DNA from: an uncultured bacterium
GTDB lineage: Bacteria; Babelota; Babeliae; Babelales; Babelaceae
Assembly: GCA_963848965.1 (NCBI GenBank)
Contig: CAWKFG010000004.1
Location: forward strand, 352,001-416,000
DNA: 64,000 nucleotides
Direction: 5' to 3'
This document shows positions 20,202 to 28,404 of this stretch, piece after piece. Position numbers and translations under genes: made by a program. The notes beneath the pieces were generated by a model. It saw nothing but the letters and a program-made list of their open reading frames with translations. It was not told the origin of the DNA and made no database searches. How positions within the stretch are numbered: the first letter of the stretch is position 1; each line of letters starts with the position of its first letter.

Positions 20202-21275
20202 ATGAAAAAAATAATAATTATAGTTCTTTTAGTAGCATTAGTACATAAAGCACATAGTATGGAAGCACCGACTTTACCTTCTCACTGTAATCCTCAGCCA
20301 CATGTGCTTAAAAGACATGCCCATCTTATTACTGGAGCAGAAGGCTATTTAGTTTATTCAGGAGCCTTGAGCCCTGACGGCAGATATGCCTTAACAGGAT
20401 CTGCAGATCAGACAGCAATAATTTGGGACATAACCAATTTACCTTCTATTAAATCCTATAGATTGCGAAGTTCTAAAGGTTCAGTCCTTTCAGTAGCATT
20501 CAGCCCTGATAATAACTATATTATAACAGGGTTTCATAATGGGACTATACGACTATGGGATATAAGTGACTTAGATACTATTAAAGACAACGATTACTTG
20601 GAGCACAGACTCAAATATTATAATTTTGATGTACCGGAAGGCGGTGTTTACTCCGTAGCAGTAAGTCCTAACGGAAAATATATCTTAGCAGGATCTACCA
20701 GTTCTATTGTTATACTGTGGGATATACGTAATTTAAACAATAGTAAGTTCTATAGTCTCAAAGGCCATTACAATTCTGTCCTTGCAGTAGCATTCAGCCA
20801 TGACGGAAAGAAAGCTATAACCGGTTCTCTTGATAGAACTGCACAGCTATGGGATATTAGTAATCCTGCTAATGCTAAACTTCTTGCCGTTTTACCTCAT
20901 AAAGATGTGGTAACCTCAGTAGCATTTAGTCCTGATGACAAGCAAGTTTTGACAGGGTCTCGAGATAAGATTGCACGCCTTTGGAATATACAAGACCTTA
21001 ACAATATCACATCTTATCCTCTTGAAGGCCACAAACATACAATAAGTTCTGTAACATTTAGTCCTCGCGGAACTTACGCTCTAACAGGATCTTATGATGG
21101 TACTGTAAAAATATGGAAAATAAGCGCCTTATCTGCTCTGGAACCATATTCTTTGGAAGTACCTGATAGAAGACCAATTCATTCAATCGCATTAAGCTCT
21201 AGTGGGCACTATATCCTAGTAGGGTTGGGAAGCGGTAGAGCAGTGCTCTGGGATTTACAATGTAATCTTCAGTAG
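20202..21275 (+). CDS. Secreted WD40 beta-propeller protein (about 7 repeats)
   Basis: Repeated GH...V.SVAFSPDG...TGS.D.T..LWD; AAGGAG RBS; signal peptide. Confidence 0.95.
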   Translation: MKKIIIIVLLVALVHKAHSMEAPTLPSHCNPQPHVLKRHAHLITGAEGYLVYSGALSPDGRYALTGSADQTAIIWDITNLPSIKSYRLRSSKGSVLSVAFSPDNNYIITGFHNGTIRLWDISDLDTIKDNDYLEHRLKYYNFDVPEGGVYSVAVSPNGKYILAGSTSSIVILWDIRNLNNSKFYSLKGHYNSVLAVAFSHDGKKAITGSLDRTAQLWDISNPANAKLLAVLPHKDVVTSVAFSPDDKQVLTGSRDKIARLWNIQDLNNITSYPLEGHKHTISSVTFSPRGTYALTGSYDGTVKIWKISALSALEPYSLEVPDRRPIHSIALSSSGHYILVGLGSGRAVLWDLQCNLQ

Positions 21276-21284
21276 AAGAGCTGA

Positions 21285-21656
21285 TTTTATGAACAGCCAC
21301 CTACCGTTGCTCATTATGCTCTTAAGAAGTTAGCGCTTTATAAATCAGCACAGATAATAACTGAGAATTTTGATCTACTTCAACAAAGAACAGGTATAAC
21401 TCCTTTATTTATCGATGCTCCTACCTATAGTTCACAAATTACACCCGCTAATCTTCAAGAAATTAATAGTATCATATGTATAGGATTGAGCCATGATGAC
21501 CGAGGTCTTCTTAACTGGTACAAAACACATAATCCTCATGGAACTCTCATAGCTATAAATCTTAAAGCTCCTCTTTACCTTGACAACAATAACTTTATAA
21601 TTGAAGGTGATTTACAAAAGATTTTGGCAGAAGTTACAGCATTCTTAAAACTCTAA
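21285..21656 (+). pseudogene. 5'-truncated SIR2/sirtuin-family fragment
   Basis: Open 123-codon frame with no start: FYEQPPTVAHYALKKL...QIITENFDLLQQRTG...IICIGLSHDD...LIAINL...IIEGDLQKIL*. The N-terminal GAGxS motif is absent. Confidence 0.75.
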
Positions 21657-21719
21657 CTTCTTTACGCATTTCCTACCAAAGCAAAGATTGTTTAAAACAA
21701 AAAACATAGAGGTACTCTG

Positions 21720-23375
21720 ATGATCCGTTCAATTAAAACATATAGTGTTCTACTCCTTACACTTTGTAGCGCACAACCACATATTAATACAGGAAAAGAG
21801 GCTTCTACTGTAACTCTTGGCATAGGAGCAGCCTTATGCTTTACAGCAGGAATGATCGCACAACCACTGGTTAAAAAACTTATAGCATTCAAAAATTGGA
21901 CTACACCAGTTACTGTAGAAAAAACTCGCATAGGATTCCTTACTATAGATTTGAAGAAAAGCATTTGGGATTACATGGCATCTTTTGAAGAGCTTTTTAC
22001 GAATAAGAGCATTCAAGCAATTATAGTAATAGTTGAAGGCTCATCAGTTAATGAGTATGGTATAGCTACAGCACTTTTACAAACTATACGAGAACTAAGA
22101 CAGCTTTACCCTAAACCTGTCATTGCATATAGCGAAAAAGCTATGGAAGGAGCATACTACGTAGTAGCTTGTGCTGCAGATACTATTTATACCTCTGCAA
22201 TTGCAAAAAGCGGAGGTATTGGTGTTTTATGGTCATCACAACGCACACATGAAAAAGATAAAGAAGATGGTATTGATTACTACTACTCTTTTAAAGGAGA
22301 TTATAAACCAGCAGGTATGGTCAGGATTCCCCTTTCACAACCACACAGAGCTATGTTGCAACAAGTCGTTACTGATCTTCATGAAGAAGTAACTAAAGAT
22401 ATCATAGAAGCTCGACCTTCCATAAAGGATACTCTACAGCTTTGGCAAGATGGCAAAATCTTTAGCACTCAAGAAGCTCACCTACAAGCACATTTAACTG
22501 ATGGAATAGCAAATAAATTTGAACTTATAGGAGCTATTTGTAAGCGTATTCATAAGCCATTTGATCCGGCTACCATCGAACCAGTTGTAAAACAGGTCGT
22601 GCCACTTTCTCTTACTCCCGCCCAACACCCAATTCCTCCTCATAAAATAGGCATAGGTATCTACAAAATAAACAATCTAGAGAAATTAAGCTCTGGATGG
22701 GATTATATGCCAGATCTGCTTGAGCTTTTTACTCGTGCTGATATCAAAGGAATTATACTGGCTATAAACAGCGTAGGTGGCTTTCTTTGGATAGCACACT
22801 CTTTTCACGAAGATCTTCAACTGTGCAAAAAATATTATAAGAAACCTGTTATTGCATATATAGAATCCAAAGCTCTCTCTTCAGCATATACTATTGCTTC
22901 TGCATGCGATTATATTATAGCAGCCCCTGCTGCAGAAGTTGGCAGTGTTGGTATCTTTTTAGAAAGACTAGACCAGAGCAAAAAAGATCTTAAAGAGCAT
23001 ATACTATATGAGACTGTCAAATCGAATGAATATAGTGATACTTTTGATATTCACACCTCATTAAACGAGCAAAAAAAGCGTCTTTTGGATCATCTTGTCA
23101 CTGAAGAATATAACTCTATTATAGAGAAAATAAAAAAAGCTCGACCCTGTCTTACTACTTTAGATGATTCCCAATGGAAAGAAGCTCAAAGGTTTGCAGC
23201 ACCTCAAGCTTTAAAATTAGGGCTCATTGATTCTATAGGATCTCCTCTTGATGCTCTTGCATATATCAAGCAACAGCTTAAGCATACCTCTCTTTACAAA
23301 AAAAGCCTTGAGGATATTTGTTTTATTGTAAAAGACATCAGTACACCAAGCCCAAAAGCTCAACAAAAAAAGTGA
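21720..23375 (+). CDS. sppA: S49 family signal peptide peptidase with two tandem domains (SppA-like)
   Basis: Two copies of KPVIAY...AY..A.A.D.I...G(G/S)(I/V)G. Lys in domain 1 (GDYKPAG) and Ser in domain 2 (ALSSAY), as in two-domain SppA. Confidence 0.75.
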   Translation: MIRSIKTYSVLLLTLCSAQPHINTGKEASTVTLGIGAALCFTAGMIAQPLVKKLIAFKNWTTPVTVEKTRIGFLTIDLKKSIWDYMASFEELFTNKSIQAIIVIVEGSSVNEYGIATALLQTIRELRQLYPKPVIAYSEKAMEGAYYVVACAADTIYTSAIAKSGGIGVLWSSQRTHEKDKEDGIDYYYSFKGDYKPAGMVRIPLSQPHRAMLQQVVTDLHEEVTKDIIEARPSIKDTLQLWQDGKIFSTQEAHLQAHLTDGIANKFELIGAICKRIHKPFDPATIEPVVKQVVPLSLTPAQHPIPPHKIGIGIYKINNLEKLSSGWDYMPDLLELFTRADIKGIILAINSVGGFLWIAHSFHEDLQLCKKYYKKPVIAYIESKALSSAYTIASACDYIIAAPAAEVGSVGIFLERLDQSKKDLKEHILYETVKSNEYSDTFDIHTSLNEQKKRLLDHLVTEEYNSIIEKIKKARPCLTTLDDSQWKEAQRFAAPQALKLGLIDSIGSPLDALAYIKQQLKHTSLYKKSLEDICFIVKDISTPSPKAQQKK

Positions 23376-23407
23376 AAATACTAAAAAATTGCTGATACTT
23401 CTATCAT

Positions 23408-23430
23408 AAGCAGCCCGTTATGGGCTGCTT
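23408..23430. terminator. Hairpin between convergent genes
   Basis: aagcagccc-gttat-gggctgctt. Confidence 0.7.
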
Positions 23431-25061
23431 TACATAAAGTACCCACTACCTACTACAAATCTTTTTACTTCACCATTCTCAAGAGCTTTTTCTATTGGTT
23501 TTGCATAAACACGGCGCATAGCATTATGTATTCTGTACTCAACCCAACCACCACCTCGAGAGGCAGCTGCAATAACATTACTAATCACTGTTCTGCCTTC
23601 TTGATCTGCATTGCTCATAAAATTACGCCATGTCTGTTCAGTTTGTATACCATTAACTAAACGAGTTCCTCTGATATCATAGACAAACATATGAAGATCT
23701 CCTCGATAGAATTCGCTTCCTTGAGTAGAAAATAAACGAAATGCCTCTGGGGTAGTTTTTTCACGAATAGTCTCTAGTGCTCTATTGACCAGTGCTTGTG
23801 TAGATTGAATCTTAGAATCTGGATAGTACATAGCAGTTACAACAAAATTGCCCTCAGGAAGATCTACTCTTTCAACATACGCTATAGCACGTGTATTATA
23901 ATCCTGTAATGCTACAAGCCCTTTACCATATTTACGCGCAGTTCTAATTATATCGCGTACATAAAACTTGCCTAACCCATCAGTTACATTACTAAGATTT
24001 TGTCCTACAAAGCTTGGATTCTCTCCACTAGCTACACAGATACCGGCAAAATCGAAAACCGTTACACCAAGGCCTCCTCGAGCAAATTTACCTACTTGAT
24101 TTGAAAACTCTCCAAATGCCTCTTGTGTACCATGAGTTTTTATGTATCTTATAGCTTTTCTTACGTATTGTTGCACCACTGATAAGGTAATATTTGGATA
24201 ATATCCTGCTGCAATCAAATAGGGCGTTTTTGTCTTAGGATCAACCACACGCTCTACATACGATCGCTTAAATTCATTGCGCCAATAATAATCAACCCAG
24301 CCCTTTCCTTTTGTACGAGCAATTCTAATCAGCTCCTTAATTAAAGGCTTTCCCTGCGAGTCCACTTGATCAATAAGGTTCTGACCAACAAGAGCAGCAT
24401 TCTGTCCATGAGCTACAACTACTCCGTTAAAATCATAAGCAAATGTATAAATATCACCTCTAACAAAAGGCCCTTTAGGATTATTAATAAGAGCAAATGC
24501 AGCTTCTTTTCCATTTTGATTAAAATAAGCAACTGCTGTTTTGACAATACGCTTGGTAACAAATTCATCAGCTATAGGATAAAAACCAGAACCTATAATA
24601 TAGGTTATTCCGTTTTTAACGACCTTTTGAATATACGCAGATTTATAAGCATTATCCCAAAGAAAACTTATACTTCCAGCCGATTTTCTTATAGTAAGCA
24701 ACTCTTGAATAAGAGGAACTCCTGCGGTACCTTTTATACCAGAGATATTTTTCCAAATAAGATGGGTATCATCTCCATGCGCTAAACAAATGCCATTTTG
24801 ATTAAAAACAAATACAAAGAGTTCTCCTTTACGCCAGCGTGAACCATGTACAAAGTCATTGCACGCAACTTCAAGAGAAGACCTTAAAAAATGGCGTGCT
24901 GCATTACGAGTCAACTGTTTAATTTCTCGGTACTTACGATTAATATCTGGCTCAAGTTGCGGATTAAGCTCTATATCATCCATAGCAGATCTATCAAACT
25001 CTTGAGCCCACACTCTTCCTATTACTAGCATTGCCATAAGGAAAAAGGCACCTATTCTCAT
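23430..25061 (-). CDS. Exported protein made of four tandem single-Cache (sCache_2-like) domains
   Basis: Signal peptide VWA-QE; four repeats of A..F....F..G..(Y/F/M).F.(Y/F)D..G...AHG.N...G.N...D..G...GW.Y...GxY. Confidence 0.85.
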   Translation of the reverse strand: MRIGAFFLMAMLVIGRVWAQEFDRSAMDDIELNPQLEPDINRKYREIKQLTRNAARHFLRSSLEVACNDFVHGSRWRKGELFVFVFNQNGICLAHGDDTHLIWKNISGIKGTAGVPLIQELLTIRKSAGSISFLWDNAYKSAYIQKVVKNGITYIIGSGFYPIADEFVTKRIVKTAVAYFNQNGKEAAFALINNPKGPFVRGDIYTFAYDFNGVVVAHGQNAALVGQNLIDQVDSQGKPLIKELIRIARTKGKGWVDYYWRNEFKRSYVERVVDPKTKTPYLIAAGYYPNITLSVVQQYVRKAIRYIKTHGTQEAFGEFSNQVGKFARGGLGVTVFDFAGICVASGENPSFVGQNLSNVTDGLGKFYVRDIIRTARKYGKGLVALQDYNTRAIAYVERVDLPEGNFVVTAMYYPDSKIQSTQALVNRALETIREKTTPEAFRLFSTQGSEFYRGDLHMFVYDIRGTRLVNGIQTEQTWRNFMSNADQEGRTVISNVIAAASRGGGWVEYRIHNAMRRVYAKPIEKALENGEVKRFVVGSGYFM

Positions 25062-25316
25062 ACCTACTCCTTTTTATATAATTCGTTTTCCTAAGCTTAG
25101 AGAACTGTCAAGATCATCAGCAACAGTTTCCCTGAAAAAATACAGCTTCTTATCTTAATCTGCTATTTAGCAGCCCAAAACTCCTTGCTGAAAATAAATT
25201 TCCTAATTTTATATATTTTTATACTAAGGAAAAATTATACTGAAAGAGATTAGATTTTTTTTGAGTTTCTGGTATAGATAAAAGAAGTCTGTCTTTTTAA
25301 GGTTGAGGAATTATCT

Positions 25317-25634
25317 ATGATTATTAGTATAAATCGGCATAATTTTAAGCAAGAGGTAGAACAAGCCTCAAAACCTGTAGTAATTGATGTATATGCTACA
25401 TGGTGTGGTCCCTGCCAACATATGGCTCCTATTTTTGAAGAACTGGAAAAGCAGTATGGTGATAAAATTACCTTTGCTAAACTTAATGTTGATGAATCAA
25501 GAGAAATTGCTATCTCTTATGGCATAACTTCAGTTCCTACCTTTCTCTTTATCAAAAGTAACGACGTAGTTGATAAGGCTATTGGCTACATGGGCAAAGA
25601 TGACCTTGAATCAAAAATTAAACAACTTCTTTAA
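25317..25634 (+). CDS. trxA: Thioredoxin
   Basis: WCGPC, SVPTF. Confidence 0.96.
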   Translation: MIISINRHNFKQEVEQASKPVVIDVYATWCGPCQHMAPIFEELEKQYGDKITFAKLNVDESREIAISYGITSVPTFLFIKSNDVVDKAIGYMGKDDLESKIKQLL

Positions 25635-25641
25635 CGTATGT

Positions 25642-25676
25642 TATGTCGTTCGCTGAAACCTTGTGCGAACGACATA
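25642..25676 (+). terminator. Stem-loop after trxA
   Basis: tatgtcgttcgc...gcgaacgacata followed by a T-rich tract. Confidence 0.65.
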
Positions 25677-25840
25677 GATTTCTTTCTTACTATTTTTCTT
25701 ACAAGTAAATTCCTCAGGTATCCTTACCCAATAATATCTTTTGTAATTTTTTGAAAAAAATATATACTAAGTACTGCTATTCAAAACAAAGAAATATTGT
25801 GATAGATATCCTTCTTCTGTAAATGAACAGAGATTTCATT

Positions 25841-26911
25841 ATGAAATTTTATTTTTTAATCAGTATGCTTTTTTGTTTAGGGAGTCAATCTCTTTTTCCA
25901 ATGGAAAAATCTACAGAGCTCACTCCTTTGCTAAGCAAGAAAAATGCCCAAGTTACTTATAATAGTCTATCAACAACACTGCCAGAAGATACTAAAAATC
26001 TACTTGCTTATCTTATCCTTCAACTTCCTGTTGATGTTGTAGCAGAGCTTGCTGACTATCTTCCAGGTAACAACTATTTTCTTAATTACTTTCTCTCACG
26101 TCGTATCAAGCCTACTACCAAAACAGCACAAAAGATACTGAGAGCGTTTATGACGCACCTTATACACAAAACTCATCCAAACAATCCAAAACGCATACCT
26201 CTCCCTTTTGCATTAGAAAAAATAAACTTATTTTTTAAAACAACTAAATTGAAACATGAAGACGATATTCTTTTTCATTATTGGGATTCAATACGAGATA
26301 TTATACAAGCAATTAAAACATATAATGTAAATGAAATTCACAATGCACTTGAAGAACACCTTAAAAAATATATGGAAAACGTATCGCAGCCTCTACAAGT
26401 TTTTTCTAACCTACAAGAAGAAATATCTTTCGATCGATTCATACTCACTTGTTGTAGTGCCGTACTCAAAGAAAGATTTAGCAGCGCCCACGTAATAAGC
26501 GAAGGCACAAACTGCATTTATGCAGACTGCTGGTATGACAATGTTATAAAAGAATATTGGTGTATTAAAGCTGCACGAAATCCACATACACGTTGTGCCA
26601 CCTATCAGGTCTCTTTTCTTCCTTGCCTCTGTGGTATACCAGGACTTATCTGTGTACTAATAGCAGTACTATCTAACAATCACACAGCCGCTGTAGCTGG
26701 AGGTTTTTTGCTAGTGTGTACTCTTATAAGTTGCTGCAGCTCTTTTTGTGCACTAATCAAAGAATGCAATAAGGATGTTTTCGAGTTCGGTAACATACAA
26801 GCAGAATACAAAAATGATGTCCAAGCTCTTTTTAAAGTGCTTATAGATGCTCATCATTTTTTACAAGAGCATCTTGAAAAGCATACTGCCTCTGCCCAAG
26901 AAATAGTATAA
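25841..26911 (+). CDS. Secreted hypothetical protein with F-box-like motif and Cys-rich C-terminal hydrophobic hairpin
   Basis: Signal peptide; LILQLPVDVVAELADYL; two hydrophobic segments near the C-terminus. Confidence 0.7.
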   Translation: MKFYFLISMLFCLGSQSLFPMEKSTELTPLLSKKNAQVTYNSLSTTLPEDTKNLLAYLILQLPVDVVAELADYLPGNNYFLNYFLSRRIKPTTKTAQKILRAFMTHLIHKTHPNNPKRIPLPFALEKINLFFKTTKLKHEDDILFHYWDSIRDIIQAIKTYNVNEIHNALEEHLKKYMENVSQPLQVFSNLQEEISFDRFILTCCSAVLKERFSSAHVISEGTNCIYADCWYDNVIKEYWCIKAARNPHTRCATYQVSFLPCLCGIPGLICVLIAVLSNNHTAAVAGGFLLVCTLISCCSSFCALIKECNKDVFEFGNIQAEYKNDVQALFKVLIDAHHFLQEHLEKHTASAQEIV

Positions 26912-26915
26912 GGTC

Positions 26916-28271
26916 TCAAAGCTTTTTGTCTTGCACTTCTACACCAAGCTTTTTAAGCTGATCACGCAACTCATCTGCCCGTTTCCAATCTTTTGCTTTA
27001 CGTGCAGCTTCTCGTTCATCAATAAGCTTTTGAATCTCTGGAGTAATAACTACTTCTTTTTCTGGTAATGGTTCAAGAGGCAATCCTAATACTTGCTCAA
27101 TGAGCGCTTTAACAATACTTGCCTGTGTTGAATCTTCTTGCAGATTTTTAAGATTATCAAAAATGATACCAAAAAACTTTGCAACGTTAATGTCGTCACA
27201 CAGCGCCCCAATAAGCTCTGCTACAATAGGCGCTTCTTCAAAACATAATTCAGAACTTTCTAGTGCATCAAATGGTTCAAAGAATGTACATAAGCGTTGA
27301 TAACTTTTTGTAGCTCCTACAATATCATCATGAGAAAAATCTAAAGGGTTACGATAGTGATGTAAAAGGTAATAGTAGCGTACTACCATAGGATGATATT
27401 GCTTACATATATCATGAAGAGTCACGAAGTTGCTAAGCGATTTAGACATCTTTTCCTGATTAATACGAACAAAAGCATTATGGAGCCAATAACGTGCAAG
27501 AGGCTTGTGATGTAACCCTTCTGATTGTGCTATCTCATTTTCATGATGTGGAAAAATAAGATCCATACCACCACCATGAAGATCAATTGTTTTACCTAAA
27601 TAAGTATCAACAAATGAAGAACATTCAATATGCCATCCTGGACGCCCAAAGCTCCACGGGCTTTGCCAACCCGGTGCTTTATCTGCCTTTTTCCATAAAG
27701 CAAAATCAAGTGGATTAACTTTTTCTTCTCGAATAGAAACGCGAGCACCTGCTTGTAATTCACTTAAATCACGCTTTGAAAGTTTGCCATACTCTGGAAA
27801 ACTTTCAATACTAAAATATACATCCCCGTCTTCAGTAAGATATGCATTACCAGAAAGAATGAGAGAGTGAACGAAATTAATAATCTGAGAAATATTAAGC
27901 GTAACACGGGGCTCATATGCCGGTGGTAAACAATTAAGCGCTTTCATATCTTCATGAAATGCTTGAATAAATTTGTTAGCTAGCGAAAGATATTCTTCTG
28001 GATTACCAAGCTCTTTTTCTGCACGCTGAATAAGTCTATCATCTATATCAGTAAAGTTTCTGCAATACGTAACTTTATAACCAAGAAGCTCAAGTAAACG
28101 GTAGAGAACATCAAAGGTAACATAACAACGCCCATGGCCAATATGAGCATAATCATAAGGAGTAATACCACAAACATACATGGTAACATGTTCTGGATTT
28201 GCAGGTTCAAAAGGACGTTTTGTTCCTGAAAGAGTATCTGTTAACATAAGTGTGTAAGAATGATGTTCCAC
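26916..28271 (-). CDS. cysS: Cysteine--tRNA ligase
   Basis: MYVCGITPYDYAHIGH, GRPGWHIECS, HGGGMDLIFPHHENE, KMSKS. Start placed at GTG 28271 (GAAGGAAG RBS). Confidence 0.97.
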   Translation of the reverse strand: MEHHSYTLMLTDTLSGTKRPFEPANPEHVTMYVCGITPYDYAHIGHGRCYVTFDVLYRLLELLGYKVTYCRNFTDIDDRLIQRAEKELGNPEEYLSLANKFIQAFHEDMKALNCLPPAYEPRVTLNISQIINFVHSLILSGNAYLTEDGDVYFSIESFPEYGKLSKRDLSELQAGARVSIREEKVNPLDFALWKKADKAPGWQSPWSFGRPGWHIECSSFVDTYLGKTIDLHGGGMDLIFPHHENEIAQSEGLHHKPLARYWLHNAFVRINQEKMSKSLSNFVTLHDICKQYHPMVVRYYYLLHHYRNPLDFSHDDIVGATKSYQRLCTFFEPFDALESSELCFEEAPIVAELIGALCDDINVAKFFGIIFDNLKNLQEDSTQASIVKALIEQVLGLPLEPLPEKEVVITPEIQKLIDEREAARKAKDWKRADELRDQLKKLGVEVQDKKL

Positions 28272-28404
28272 AAGAGCTTCCTTCTTATAATGAGAAGATT
28301 TTTTACGTTCTTTATTACTATCAAGGCTAGTCAATTTTTTTAAAAATAGTATCATAGAATCACTTATACTCAAAGCAATTTGTTTTAGGGACCCTGGAGT
28401 AAGC

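Noticed and set aside
21270..21290. Programmed readthrough producing a WD40-sirtuin fusion
   Set aside because: Two different in-frame stops (TAG, TGA) intervene, the sirtuin lacks its N-terminal half, and a shared frame has a 1-in-3 chance.
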